DNA from: Parcubacteria group bacterium Gr01-1014_8
GTDB lineage: Bacteria > Patescibacteriota > Minisyncoccia > Phycocordibacterales > UBA2100
Direction: 5' to 3'
Assembly: GCA_007376385.1 (NCBI GenBank)
Contig: VMGC01000001.1
Span: 96,001 to 160,000, forward strand
DNA: 64,000 nucleotides
Position numbers and translations under genes: made by a program
The notes under the pieces: generated by a model
The model's input: the letters and a program-made list of their open reading frames with translations, nothing else
Told to the model about the DNA's origin: nothing
The model's database searches: none
Part shown: positions 19,817 through 30,279 of the stretch, in pieces
Position numbering within the stretch: position 1 is the first letter of the stretch
Layout: every line of letters starts with the position of its first letter

Positions 19817-21175
19817 GTGCGTATGATGTCCAATCGTGAACTTTGGCAGAATGCTTTGGTGCAAATTGAATTGGGCACGTCTGAAGCAAGTTTCAGAACG
19901 TGGTTTCGGGGAACAGACATAATTGGCAGAGAGGGAGGCTCCGTAAACATCGCGGTCCCCAGCAAAATCGTTAAGGAATGGCTTTCCGACAAGCACAACA
20001 AGCTCATTTTGGGCATATTGCGTACCCTAGACAGTACAATTCGCTCAATAGAGTATTCAGTGCATCGCTCCGCAATACCGGTAGAGAGAAAGAACGAGAA
20101 ATCCCCACAACCGCCCCAAAATGCCTCGCTTGACCTTCAGTCTCTGTACATAGATAAACGAGACAATCTGAACCCTCGCTACACCTTTGAGACGTTCGTA
20201 GTAGGGCCATTCAATCAACTAGCGCATGCCGCGGCGAAAGCTGTCATAGAAAGACCCGGGCTCGCTTATAATCCGTTATTCATCTACGGCTCGACCGGAC
20301 ACGGTAAAACGCACCTCATTCAGGCAATAGGCAATTACTTTAAAAAAACGCATGCGAATAAAAAAGTCTTTTACGTGACGTCTGAACGCTTTACGACTGA
20401 TTTTTTGAACGCAATACGCGCTGGAAAAGCAAGCGGATTCAAGGATCAGTACCAGCAATACGATGTTCTCATCATGGATGACGTGCAATTCATCGCAAAT
20501 ACAGAAAAAACACAAGAGGAACTATTCCACGTCTTCAATCGACTGCACGATGACAACAAACAGATAGTATTTTCGTCAGACAAACATCCGAACATGATGC
20601 CCGGCTTCGAAGACAGGCTCAAGGGACGATTCAGCGCGGGTATGATAGCGGAAATTCCAGAGCCTGATGTCGAATCGCGCATCTCCATCATCCGCGCCAA
20701 AATAGAACAGCTCGGGTTTAACATCCCGGACGACATTATCTCTTACATTGCAGAAAGCGTGCGCGGAAATATCCGCGAACTGGAGGGTATTTTGAATATG
20801 ATCGTGTGCAAATCACAGCTCAAGGGCAAGGTTATATCGCACGCAGACGTCCGGATGCTGATAAAACACAACGTGCGGCCGAATAAAGGCGTTTCTATGG
20901 ATGAAGTAGTGAGACGCATCGCGCAATACTACGAAGTAGCGGAGAAAAGCATTTACGAGAAGACAAGAAAGAAAGAGGTGGTGAAGCCGCGCCAGGTCAT
21001 TATGTATATTTTGCGCGAAGAATTCAGTGTTTCATATCCTTCTATCGGAGAAAAACTCGGGGGACGCGATCACACGACGGTCATCCATTCATGCGAGAAG
21101 ATAAAAGAAGAGGCAAAAAGAAATCCATCACTCGAACAAGAGTTGGAGCATGTGCGTTCGCTGGTGCATGCATAA
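19817..21175 (+). CDS. dnaA: Chromosomal replication initiator DnaA
   Basis: GSTGHGKTHLIQAIG Walker A, VLIMDDVQFI Walker B, domain IV KLGGRDHTTVIHSCEKI. Confidence 0.95.
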   Translation: MRMMSNRELWQNALVQIELGTSEASFRTWFRGTDIIGREGGSVNIAVPSKIVKEWLSDKHNKLILGILRTLDSTIRSIEYSVHRSAIPVERKNEKSPQPPQNASLDLQSLYIDKRDNLNPRYTFETFVVGPFNQLAHAAAKAVIERPGLAYNPLFIYGSTGHGKTHLIQAIGNYFKKTHANKKVFYVTSERFTTDFLNAIRAGKASGFKDQYQQYDVLIMDDVQFIANTEKTQEELFHVFNRLHDDNKQIVFSSDKHPNMMPGFEDRLKGRFSAGMIAEIPEPDVESRISIIRAKIEQLGFNIPDDIISYIAESVRGNIRELEGILNMIVCKSQLKGKVISHADVRMLIKHNVRPNKGVSMDEVVRRIAQYYEVAEKSIYEKTRKKEVVKPRQVIMYILREEFSVSYPSIGEKLGGRDHTTVIHSCEKIKEEAKRNPSLEQELEHVRSLVHA

Positions 21176-21394
21176 CGCATGTGGATAACAACTGTATGAA
21201 CACTGGATGGAATTGGGGAGAAGAAAAATAAAATACTATCCACATCTTCTTCATGTCACCATTACATTATCTATCCACAAACCAAAATATAAAATATCCA
21301 AGGAGCAGGTCATAAAAATCACTTATTCACCTATCCACACTACCAACAACAGCAACAGTATTTATATACAATAAGTATTAATACGATCTCTACT
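21176..21394. promoter_or_regulatory. Probable oriC: DnaA-box cluster plus AT-rich unwinding element between dnaA and dnaN
   Basis: TGTGGATAA 21180-21188 (perfect, rc), cTATCCACA at 21237, 21281, 21331, TTATtCACc at 21324, AT-rich tract 21355-21390. Confidence 0.7.
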
Positions 21395-22495
21395 ATGCAT
21401 TTCACGGTCACAAAAGAAAAATTACAGAATGCCGTTGTACTGGCGGAAAGGGTTGTCGGAAAAAAAGAATCATTACCAGTCCTTTCGTGCGTGCTTCTTA
21501 GTGCGAATAAGGATTTTTCCGTTCGTGCCACAAACCTTGAAGCAGGTATCGAAGTGCATGTACCGGGAGACGTAGGAGAAAAGGGGGTTGTCGCAGTGCC
21601 TGTTTCGGTATTTTCTCAAACACTGCGGGCCATAGCGGGCGACAAGGTTAGTCTAAAAGTTGAAAGTGAAAATTTACTCGTTGAATCGCGAGGAAGCAAA
21701 ACTCTTATTAAGGCGATCCCCCACGGAGAATTTCCAGATCTTTCGTCTTCGGAGAAAGGGAAGTATGGCGTGAATATCCATCGTCAGACTCTACTGCAGG
21801 CATTGCAAGCGGTTTCATACGCGGCATCGCCTTCAATGATCCGACCAGAGCTTGGTTCAGTGTTTGTGTCAATAAAAAACGGCGCTCTCATTACAGCTGC
21901 AACAGACTCATTCCGACTTGCGGAAAAGACATTTCTGAAAGCGGCGGACGATGATGACAAGGAAGTTCTCATCCCACTTAAGCACGCACTCGAAGTAAGT
22001 CATATCCTTGAGCGCATACCCGATGAGCAGATCTCGCTTATAGCGGATGAATCGCAGCTCGTGTTGCGTGCAAGTGGCCTTGAGTATGTTTCGCGCGTCG
22101 TCGAAGCATCATTTCCAAATTATAAAGAGATCGTCCCTAAAACGTTCACGACCGAAGCAACACTTCTCAAAGCTGATCTCATTGAGATGCTGCGCAAAGC
22201 ACGCGTTTTTTCGGGCTCGGAACAAAAAGTGGGATTGCATGTATATCCAAAGAAAAAGATATTCGATGCAACGGCTCAGAGCGCCGCAATAGGCGAAATG
22301 TCTGATTCTATCGATGCGGCGCTTTCAGGGGAAGATATCGACATCAATTTTAATATTGCGTATCTCTCGGATTGCCTGCCGCTCATTCAATCAGAAAGTG
22401 TTACCCTCGGGTTTTCCGGAGGGGGGAAACCGCTCGTTATACGAAGTGCGTCGGACCTCACCTTTACGTATCTGGTGATGCCGCTGAATCGTTAG
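21395..22495 (+). CDS. dnaN: DNA polymerase III beta sliding clamp
   Basis: 366 aa, MHFTVTKEKLQNAV start, three-domain length, follows dnaA. Confidence 0.9.
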   Translation: MHFTVTKEKLQNAVVLAERVVGKKESLPVLSCVLLSANKDFSVRATNLEAGIEVHVPGDVGEKGVVAVPVSVFSQTLRAIAGDKVSLKVESENLLVESRGSKTLIKAIPHGEFPDLSSSEKGKYGVNIHRQTLLQALQAVSYAASPSMIRPELGSVFVSIKNGALITAATDSFRLAEKTFLKAADDDDKEVLIPLKHALEVSHILERIPDEQISLIADESQLVLRASGLEYVSRVVEASFPNYKEIVPKTFTTEATLLKADLIEMLRKARVFSGSEQKVGLHVYPKKKIFDATAQSAAIGEMSDSIDAALSGEDIDINFNIAYLSDCLPLIQSESVTLGFSGGGKPLVIRSASDLTFTYLVMPLNR

Positions 22496-22746
22496 GGATT
22501 ATTATCGGTGAGGGCTGTGAGAGACATGAACATGTCCGCATGTTTATTTGGAGCGGGGAGACACAAAGTGTCGAAGACCCTTTACTGGGCGGACGTCGAG
22601 AATGCCCCGCAGCTCTGCTGCGGGGATGAATCGGCGCCGGTTCAAATGAGTGCGCCCGGCGGGCGCTCCTCTTCCAGCAAAAACGCCACGGTGGTTTTCC
22701 GCAAATGCCCCGACGCCCGCATCGGGGATCGACGGAAAACCCGTTT

Positions 22747-25146
22747 TTACTGAGCGCCGAACGAGACGCTATTCTCGCGGGGTCCCAGCAGCGTGTCAGC
22801 GACGGCTTTTAAGACAGCAGGCCCGGCGGTCGGGATGAATTCCAGTTCGAACGGTGCCTCTGTAGCCGAACCTATCAGCGCGTCATTGAGATAGTACGTA
22901 ACTTTTTTTATGGAAAGTGATGATTCATACTCTACCGCCGCAGTGATGCGCGTTCCTGCTTTGTACACTTGTCCCCCACTTGGGGAGGCGACAACGAAAT
23001 CTATCACCCCCGTTCCTCCCGGATTTATAGGTTGCTGGTTCGCCCACAGTGATACTGGGTACTCCCACAGTACGAATTGCGGATCTGCGGACGGATTCGA
23101 CGGAGGACCGGAGCGAGGATTGTCTTTATTCACCCAGAAGAGAATTTCATGGACTCCGCGAGAAGGGTCGCTATTCCAATTACCACGGAGGACCGGCGGG
23201 AGAGAATCATATTCCGGGTCCGGCGGGACGGGGGCGAAATCCTCAGACGGGTATTTCTCCAGCGCGTATCGCATGAATTCATTCCATATCGGGGCGATGA
23301 TAAAACCTGCAACTTTCTTTTCCATCACCGAATTGTCGTTGTTTCCTGCCCATGCTCCTGCAGCAAGTCCGGGCGTGTAGCCGATTATCCATGCATCGCG
23401 ATAATCGTTGGTGGTTCCTGTTTTTGCAGCAACATTATGGCCTGGAACTGTGAGCGCAGAGTTCGCTCCGAACGCCGGGATTTTTGCGTTGTCGTCCGAG
23501 AGAACGTCGTTGAGCGTCCGTGCTATTTGCGGCTCGACAACCCGACTCCCCTTGTCCTCATATTTTTCCAACACGTCCTCACCCTCCTTGATTTCCAGAA
23601 TTCCCGTCGGCGGGTTCAAGATTCCGTCGTTCGCGTATCCTGCGTAGGCCCCAGTCATTTCAAGGAGCGTAACCTCGCCGCCGCCAAGAACTAATGTGAG
23701 GCCATAGCGGCTCTTGTCGACAAGTGTCGTTATTCCCATACGCTTGGCCATGTTCAGCGCGTCATCGAGTCCAACCAGGTACAGCACTTTTACTGCAACG
23801 ACGTTGATAGATTGTGCGAGCGCATCGCGCAGACTCATCGGTCCGCGGTATTTTTCATCGTAGTTGCCCGGGGAATAGCAATTATCGTGCGTTGCGAGGT
23901 CATTTGGAGAGCAATAACCGGTGAATTGCGTTGCGAGGTCAAAAAGAATTGTTTCGGGCGTGTATCCTTTCTCAAATGCCGCCGCGTAGACGAACGGCTT
24001 GAATGAGGAGCCAGGTTGGCGCTTCGCAAGAGTGACGTTTACTTTTCCGTCGATCTCCTCGTCAAAGTAGCCGCGCGATCCAACCATACTGAGGATCTGT
24101 CCCGTCTTTGGATCGATGGCGACAAGTCCCGCATTTTCTGCGTTGAAGTTTTTCTTATTTGCGAGCGCGCCTTTTTCCACAACTACTTCAGCTTTTTTTT
24201 GCAGATCATAGTCAAGTGTCGTGATGACGCGAAGTCCGCTGTTCGAGACGACGTCTGCTCCGTACTTTTCTTCCAAATATTCTCGGATAAAGAAGACAAA
24301 GTGCGGCGCTTTGATGCCGGCCTCTGTTTCTTGCTTGAATTCCACTGTTTCCTTCATTGCGGCCTCGTACTCCTCGGCGCTAATGACGCCTAATTTTTGC
24401 ATTTGCGCTAGGACAAGATTTTTTCTGTCTTCCAACTCATCGCGATGATTTCCGTACGGTGAATACCGCGTCGGTGCTCGCGGTAATGCGGCCAAATACG
24501 CAGCTTCTGCAAGCGTTACATCTTTTGCGAGCTTGCCGAAAAAAAATTCGCTTGCTTCCTCGATGCCGTAAATAGTGCCGCCGTATGGATTTTCATTCAG
24601 ATATATCTCCAGGATCTTGTCCTTTGTCGTTGCGCGCTCGAGTTTTATGGCAAGCACCCACTCTTTCATCTTGCGGATGATGGTTTTGTCTTGCGTCAGA
24701 AGAGTGTTTTTCACAACCTGCTGCGTAATGGTGGAACCTCCTTGGCTGAAACCGCCCGACGTAATGTTCGCCCATACGGCTCGCAAGATGGAGAGCGGTC
24801 GTATGCCCTTGTGTTGATAGAACGTGTCGTCCTCTATCGCGATGGTGGCATTCTGGATGAAAATAGAAATTTCGCTCAAGGGGACGTCGGTGCGGCGCAT
24901 CGAACCGTGAACGTCGTAGAGAAGTACATTGCCGGTGCGGTCGTATATCTTGGTTGATTCGGATACCTTGCGGTTCTCAAAGCTATCTACCGAGGGAATA
25001 GAAACGACCATCGCCCACGCGAAAAAAACGCCGAGGGCGCCTATGATGGAGAAGCTGATTATCTTGGTCGATGTCCGCACTTCAGGATGGAATGAACGCC
25101 ACATTTTCCGCAGGGTTCTGGGTGTCTTAAAATCGCTCTCGGGCAT
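22747..25146 (-). CDS. Bifunctional class A penicillin-binding protein (transglycosylase/transpeptidase) with C-terminal extension
   Basis: N-terminal TM, GT motifs EDDTFYQHKG...GGSTITQQ, TP motifs SSFKPF, SINV, KTGTT. ~120 aa extra C-terminal domain. Confidence 0.9.
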   Translation of the reverse strand: MPESDFKTPRTLRKMWRSFHPEVRTSTKIISFSIIGALGVFFAWAMVVSIPSVDSFENRKVSESTKIYDRTGNVLLYDVHGSMRRTDVPLSEISIFIQNATIAIEDDTFYQHKGIRPLSILRAVWANITSGGFSQGGSTITQQVVKNTLLTQDKTIIRKMKEWVLAIKLERATTKDKILEIYLNENPYGGTIYGIEEASEFFFGKLAKDVTLAEAAYLAALPRAPTRYSPYGNHRDELEDRKNLVLAQMQKLGVISAEEYEAAMKETVEFKQETEAGIKAPHFVFFIREYLEEKYGADVVSNSGLRVITTLDYDLQKKAEVVVEKGALANKKNFNAENAGLVAIDPKTGQILSMVGSRGYFDEEIDGKVNVTLAKRQPGSSFKPFVYAAAFEKGYTPETILFDLATQFTGYCSPNDLATHDNCYSPGNYDEKYRGPMSLRDALAQSINVVAVKVLYLVGLDDALNMAKRMGITTLVDKSRYGLTLVLGGGEVTLLEMTGAYAGYANDGILNPPTGILEIKEGEDVLEKYEDKGSRVVEPQIARTLNDVLSDDNAKIPAFGANSALTVPGHNVAAKTGTTNDYRDAWIIGYTPGLAAGAWAGNNDNSVMEKKVAGFIIAPIWNEFMRYALEKYPSEDFAPVPPDPEYDSLPPVLRGNWNSDPSRGVHEILFWVNKDNPRSGPPSNPSADPQFVLWEYPVSLWANQQPINPGGTGVIDFVVASPSGGQVYKAGTRITAAVEYESSLSIKKVTYYLNDALIGSATEAPFELEFIPTAGPAVLKAVADTLLGPRENSVSFGAQ

Positions 25147-25193
25147 ATGCTCGTGGTAGAGGACGCAGTTGTCTCTAGCAAATTACAGACATT

Positions 25194-25679
25194 TTAGCCG
25201 ATTTTGCGTGCGTGAGCCAGATGAGTGACGCCGACGGCGATAGCATCGTATTCATCGTCGTGTTGTATGTCTTTTTCTATCTTGATGAGCGCATGAAGCA
25301 TCGTCGCGACTCCTTTTTTATCTGCTCTCCCAGAGCCAGTCGTCGCCGATTTCACCTGTCCCGGCGTGTATTCAAAAACGGGCACGTTCGCGAGTTCAGC
25401 GACGTGCAAGATGGCGCCTCGTACTTCCGCGACTTGCATCGCTGTCTTTTGATTTGAGTTGAAAAACAGTCTTTCCATTGCGAGCGCCTGGGGAGAGTGT
25501 TTTTTCAAGAGGCGCGAACATTCGTCCGCGACGTGTGAGAGTCTTTCGCCGAAGGAAGAAGAGGCGGATGTTTCGATGCATTCAGAATAGAGAAGTGTCT
25601 CCTTACCGTTCTCCCTTTCCAATACGGCAACGCCGCATCGTCCGTACCCGGGGTCGATGGCAAGCACTTTCATACGCAT
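25194..25679 (-). CDS. ruvC: Holliday junction resolvase RuvC
   Basis: MKVLAIDPGYGRCGVAVLE start motif. ATG at 25679 overlaps upstream stop by 1 nt (alternative GTG start at 25682). Confidence 0.85.
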   Translation of the reverse strand: MRMKVLAIDPGYGRCGVAVLERENGKETLLYSECIETSASSSFGERLSHVADECSRLLKKHSPQALAMERLFFNSNQKTAMQVAEVRGAILHVAELANVPVFEYTPGQVKSATTGSGRADKKGVATMLHALIKIEKDIQHDDEYDAIAVGVTHLAHARKIG

Positions 25680-26290
25680 CACTCAAGCGGTACCAGGTAG
25701 TGAGTCACCGTTTTTCTCTCCTCTCCTTCCATTTCAGTTTCCGTACGCATGACGCTGCCCTGATTTAGTTCTATGCCCAGCTTTTTGACCAAGGCTTCGC
25801 TCGCTTTATTTCCTTCAACAACAGGAAAAATCAATCTTTCGATAGGCGCTCCTCGCGCTTTTTGTTCTTTTGCGAGTCTGACAACTGCATGAAGCATTTC
25901 GATGCCGTATTTCTTGTTTCGCAATTCCGGAGCAACCCACAACGTTATCTTGTATTCATTGGCGCGTTTGGTCGGGAAGATACCACATCTTCCTATCAAT
26001 TTATTGGTCATCGGGTGCAACGCAACGAGATCAAAGAGCGTTTTTCCTCTGCGCTCGACACGATCGCGTGTTTCCGCGATAGAGGCTTCTATCTCTGAAA
26101 TCGTCTGGGGACGCTTGCCATCAACCCATCTGTCAGCAACCTCCTCAGTGAATGTCGGAAGAATACGAGCTGCATCTTCGTTCCGGATAAATCTGAGTTT
26201 TAAATGCAAACGGGGCGTGTCGATTTTTGTACCTAAAAGGCTCTTGTCTACGACCGGATCTACGTCCATGTCTTCCGGGTGCTGTCTCAT
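25679..26290 (-). CDS. GNAT family N-acetyltransferase (RimJ/RimL-like)
   Basis: TPRLHLKLRFIRNEDAARI N-terminal pattern and LIGRCGIFP...GIEMLHAVV acetyl-CoA fold pattern. Confidence 0.6.
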   Translation of the reverse strand: MRQHPEDMDVDPVVDKSLLGTKIDTPRLHLKLRFIRNEDAARILPTFTEEVADRWVDGKRPQTISEIEASIAETRDRVERRGKTLFDLVALHPMTNKLIGRCGIFPTKRANEYKITLWVAPELRNKKYGIEMLHAVVRLAKEQKARGAPIERLIFPVVEGNKASEALVKKLGIELNQGSVMRTETEMEGEERKTVTHYLVPLE

Positions 26291-26820
26291 TGAGCATTAG
26301 TATACACCTCCTGCACGTCGTCGTGCGAGTCGATCTGTTCCATTATTTGCATGAGCGTTGCGTCGTCTGTCTCCGACAGGGGAACCGTTGTTTTTGGGTT
26401 GTATGTGCCATCCGGGGTCTTTTCAAATGCCCAGAGGGCACTGCCGGGGGCGGCCAGAGCCAAGCCATTTTTGGAAAGGAGGTGTTTTATTTCCTGGGCC
26501 GTGCGGTTACGGTTGTCAGTCAGAGCATCAATGACAATGGCAGCCCCGCCGGGTCCGTACGCTTCGTAAGTAATAGATTCAAGTTCACCAGCGTCCGCTG
26601 AAGTTCCCTTAGCGATGGCCCGTTCGATAGTGTCTTTCGTCATGTTCGCCGCCTTTGCGGTATCAATAATGGCCCGGAGACCGGCGGAATTCACATCGCC
26701 ATTCGCTTTCTTGCTCTCCACCGCGATGCGTCGCGCGAGCTTGCCCCATACGTTGCTCTTCGCAGCGTCATTCGCGCCTTTCTGTCTCTTTATCTGCGCC
26801 CATTTGTTATGTCCTGCCAT
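26287..26820 (-). CDS. YebC/PmpR family DNA-binding regulator (short form)
   Basis: MAGHNKWAQIKRQKG start, EAYGPGGAAIVIDALTDNRNRTAQEI core. Shorter than typical YebC (178 aa). Confidence 0.8.
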   Translation of the reverse strand: MAGHNKWAQIKRQKGANDAAKSNVWGKLARRIAVESKKANGDVNSAGLRAIIDTAKAANMTKDTIERAIAKGTSADAGELESITYEAYGPGGAAIVIDALTDNRNRTAQEIKHLLSKNGLALAAPGSALWAFEKTPDGTYNPKTTVPLSETDDATLMQIMEQIDSHDDVQEVYTNAQ

Positions 26821-26890
26821 GATTCGGCCACTATACCGCAGAGACCGCGAAAAAAGCAAAATACTCCGCGAATGTTTGTATACTGGGCCT

Positions 26891-27454
26891 ATGGTAGTCA
26901 TGTCACTTCGCGGCTGGATATTGGCGGGCTTTGCACTCATTGGAGTGCAAGCTCTTGCTCTCTACTTCATGGGGCAGCCGTTAATAAGTGCGAGTGGAAT
27001 GGTGAAGCTGTGGCACGGAGCTGTACTCAGTTCTGACAATTCACAGCAGATATCGGATTGGTACACGTTTTCGCATGTCATCCACGGATTCCTTTTTTAT
27101 CTGGGGCTGTGGTTTTTCTTTCCGCGCATGCCGATAGCGATGCGCTTTGCGCTTGCATCCGGGATTGAAGTAGGGTGGGAACTATTCGAGAATACTGACT
27201 TCATCATAAGCCGCTATCGCGAACAGGCGCTCGCACAAGGATACATAGGAGACAGCGTCATCAATTCAATCTGCGACACGCTTGCGATGGTTGTCGGGTT
27301 CGTTCTCGCATGGCGATTACCCGTATCTGCATCCATTGCCGTCATCATTTTCATTGAAGCGTTCATGTTGAATTGGATACGCGACAGCCTCACGTTGAAT
27401 ATCATCCAGCTCATTCATCCTCTTGAAGGAGTAACGAACTGGCAAAGTAGTTAA
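26891..27454 (+). CDS. Hypothetical polytopic membrane protein
   Basis: Start trimmed to MVVMSLRGW to avoid overlap with yebC. 5-6 TM helices. Confidence 0.45.
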   Translation: MVVMSLRGWILAGFALIGVQALALYFMGQPLISASGMVKLWHGAVLSSDNSQQISDWYTFSHVIHGFLFYLGLWFFFPRMPIAMRFALASGIEVGWELFENTDFIISRYREQALAQGYIGDSVINSICDTLAMVVGFVLAWRLPVSASIAVIIFIEAFMLNWIRDSLTLNIIQLIHPLEGVTNWQSS

Positions 27455-28370
27455 CAAAGCTCTTCACGGCAAGCAAACTGTCGAGGACCTTAATACCAAG
27501 ATCATAAAGCCGTGTTCCGATGCTTGTGCGAGACGGACGATCATGTGGCTGGACCCAGTCTTGGAGATTCACGGTTACCTCGATCATTCCGTCGTGTGAC
27601 GTATAGTCGGATGTAAATGGCTCGAGCGCGTATCCAATGATTCGACCACTTTCGAGCGCTTTCATGCCGGCCCCTGGTGTCGTGCGAGAAATGGTGATCG
27701 CATCGCCAATAGATACGCCGCCGCCGTCAAGTGTCATGCGCACAGGAACGTGACCAGAAAGGCCAATAGGCTGCGGGTGTTTAGCGACGGAGAGAATATC
27801 AACACCAATTATCTGTGCAGGCTGGGTCGCGACAACACCGAGTGCGTTGTTTCGTGATGCGTAGTCGGCTTTTCTCATAATAGGCGTGCTAACGATGTAT
27901 GTTTCCCCGGTCTTCTTTTTCGTTAGCGGATCTCTAATTTCGATTTCACGCGAGACAAGTCCGTCGCTCGGTACGATAATGTCACCGCGAATAACATCGC
28001 TTCTCGTCTCGTGCCATTCCGCGATGTCGCCGTCAGTAATATCGCTGCAGCCGCTCATCACAACATTGCTTTTCCAAAGTTTTCCGTCGCTATCTACACA
28101 CACCGGCTTCAGACCCGTTCCTTGATCGGTCACGGCTTGCGGCAATCCGGCAAAATACACATATGCATCTGCCTCGACATCGTTCTGTACATATAGTTCT
28201 CCGTTTCCTGTGGCATTAGAATTTATACCTCCGGATCCAATTCGTACTGAAAAGGGGAGTGTAACAGCAGAAACATTTTTTGGAAAAATAAGAAAAAGCG
28301 CGGACAATACGAGTGCCGCGCAAATGTAGAAATAGGTGCTACTCCGCCCACGATATGCCGAGACGCTCAT
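27411..28370 (-). CDS. Secreted hypothetical protein
   Basis: Signal peptide ICAALVLSALFLIFPKNVSA, 319 aa. Confidence 0.5.
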   Translation of the reverse strand: MSVSAYRGRSSTYFYICAALVLSALFLIFPKNVSAVTLPFSVRIGSGGINSNATGNGELYVQNDVEADAYVYFAGLPQAVTDQGTGLKPVCVDSDGKLWKSNVVMSGCSDITDGDIAEWHETRSDVIRGDIIVPSDGLVSREIEIRDPLTKKKTGETYIVSTPIMRKADYASRNNALGVVATQPAQIIGVDILSVAKHPQPIGLSGHVPVRMTLDGGGVSIGDAITISRTTPGAGMKALESGRIIGYALEPFTSDYTSHDGMIEVTVNLQDWVQPHDRPSRTSIGTRLYDLGIKVLDSLLAVKSFVNYFASSLLLQEDE

Positions 28371-28518
28371 GCAGATTACTGTTACATAGTTTCGAAACTA
28401 TGCAACAAGGAACTGTTAACATATGCCTCATATCCCAACGTGCATAAAACAGTACACTGGTGTTTCTCTGTGACATTTGTCCATTGTTCGTATAGTATGT
28501 TTTTAAAGTTGCGATATC

Positions 28519-28830
28519 ATGAAATCTTCTCTTCCGAAAACCTCGTACGCGCGTAACGCCTCTATATATAAAATTCTCGCGCACCCCACGCGTCTTGAGA
28601 TCCTTAATTTACTGAAGTACAGAGAAATTTCCGTGGAGGAATTGGTTAAAATTCTACGTCTGCCGAAGGCCAATGTTTCTCAGCATCTGGCTCTCTTAAG
28701 GCATACGCGCGTCGTGTCAGTGAGGCGCAACGGTCTTAGAGCATATTACAAGCTAGTTGATCCTCGAATTGTCGAACCTTGTAAGATCCTTCATGAATTG
28801 TGGAAGTCAAAGACCTGGCAGACACCTTGA
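28519..28830 (+). CDS. ArsR/SmtB family transcriptional regulator
   Basis: HPTRLEILNLL...ISVEELVKILRLPKANVSQHLALLRHTRVV wHTH signature. Confidence 0.8.
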   Translation: MKSSLPKTSYARNASIYKILAHPTRLEILNLLKYREISVEELVKILRLPKANVSQHLALLRHTRVVSVRRNGLRAYYKLVDPRIVEPCKILHELWKSKTWQTP

Positions 28831-29021
28831 TTAACCAGAACCCATCTCAAAATAAACCGCAGAATATCTGGACAATAGCACTTGGCTACTACGAGGGTTT
28901 TTGCGCGGCTGCGTCACAAAACGGCTCGGTCTCAATGTATCGCGGATACATTTTGTGCTCCACCGCGCTGTCTCGCTCGCACAAAAACCCTCTCGTTACG
29001 CCATGTATTTTGAGATGTGTT

Positions 29022-30044
29022 CTAGATGCTTCGGATGCCAAGTAACTGTTTCTGGGGGACTTCAAACCCCAGATGTTGATGGCCTTTTTCGGTAACCATA
29101 CGTCCTCGCGGGGTGCGTTCAAGGAGGCCAAGTTGCATAAGGTACGGTTCGTGCACTTCTTCGAGCGTTGCTTCTTCTTCAGAAAGTGCTGCAGCGAGAG
29201 TTTTTAAGCCCGCTGGTCCACCTTTAAATTTTTCCACGAGGACAGTAAGAAGGTCGCGGTCTGTCTGATTGAGTCCTATTTCATCTATCTCAAGAAGCGC
29301 GAGTGCCTTTTTTACTGTTTTCAAATTAAGCGGTTCGCCGGATACTTCTGCGAAATCGCGCGCTCGTTTCAAAAGGTAGTTCGCGGTGCGAGGCGTCGCG
29401 CGGCTTCGTTTCGCAATTTCTTGTATCGAATCATCGTCGGTAGCAATACCGAGAATTTTTGCTGAGCGTTTAAGGATGGTCCGGATCTCGTCCTCGGTGT
29501 AGTAGGTAAGTCTGAACGTGCCGCCGGAAAAGCGCGAGCGTAGCGGTGCCGAGAGCATAGAGACGCGCGTTGTTGCTGCGATAAGCGTGAACGCCGGGAG
29601 CTCCAATTGTACGGTGCGAGCGGATGGACCTTTGCCGATGACGATGTCGAGAACGCCAGCTTCCATGGCAGGGTACAGAACCTCTTCAATAGTGCGATTC
29701 AAGCGGTGGACCTCGTCTATAAAAAGAACATCGCCGGGGGAGAGGTTCGTGAGGATGGATGCAAGGTCGCCAACGCGCTCGATAGCAGGGCCGGAAGTCG
29801 CGCGCAGGGATGCTCCAATTTCCCGTGTCATCAAATGGGCGAGCGTTGTCTTGCCCAAACCGGGCGGTCCGTATAAAAGCACGTGTTCCGGCTGTTGTTT
29901 TCGTCCTTTTGCGGCAGTAAGGAGGATGCGAAGGTTCTCTTTAATGCCTGCTTGGCCGACGTATTCCTTCCAATCGGCGGGTCGAAGCGCATGATCGAGC
30001 GTTTTAGCACTTCGTTCAATTGGGTTTGTTTCTTTTGTGGTCAT
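29022..30044 (-). CDS. ruvB: Holliday junction branch migration ATPase RuvB
   Basis: LLYGPPGLGKTTLAHL Walker A, LFIDEVHRLN Walker B. Confidence 0.95.
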   Translation of the reverse strand: MTTKETNPIERSAKTLDHALRPADWKEYVGQAGIKENLRILLTAAKGRKQQPEHVLLYGPPGLGKTTLAHLMTREIGASLRATSGPAIERVGDLASILTNLSPGDVLFIDEVHRLNRTIEEVLYPAMEAGVLDIVIGKGPSARTVQLELPAFTLIAATTRVSMLSAPLRSRFSGGTFRLTYYTEDEIRTILKRSAKILGIATDDDSIQEIAKRSRATPRTANYLLKRARDFAEVSGEPLNLKTVKKALALLEIDEIGLNQTDRDLLTVLVEKFKGGPAGLKTLAAALSEEEATLEEVHEPYLMQLGLLERTPRGRMVTEKGHQHLGFEVPQKQLLGIRSI

Positions 30045-30142
30045 ATTTCAAGCCCTTAATGGTGAGCTCCAAGCTCATGAAAGGGGTTGACAAAGCTATA
30101 TTTTATGCTAAAGTCCTGGCTGCTTAAATTGTACGCGCGGAG

Positions 30143-30279
30143 GCGCGAATTTCGCAGCGATATAGGACTTTGCCGAGGATGTAGGCGGTTCCCAGTCTTA
30201 CGATTGGGAGTGCTACCTCTCCCCTTAGGTTCGGATCCACTTTTGATGCATTTCGAAAGCATCGCTGCGAAATTCGCGC
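30143..30279. repeat. 19-bp perfect inverted repeat flanking a 99-nt loop, upstream of ruvB
   Basis: gcgcgaatttcgcagcgat (30143-30161) and atcgctgcgaaattcgcgc (30261-30279). Confidence 0.8.

Noticed and set aside
26615-26890. N-terminal 92 codons of ORF 26615..27454
   Set aside because: They overlap the well-supported yebC gene on the opposite strand. The membrane protein more plausibly starts at 26891.
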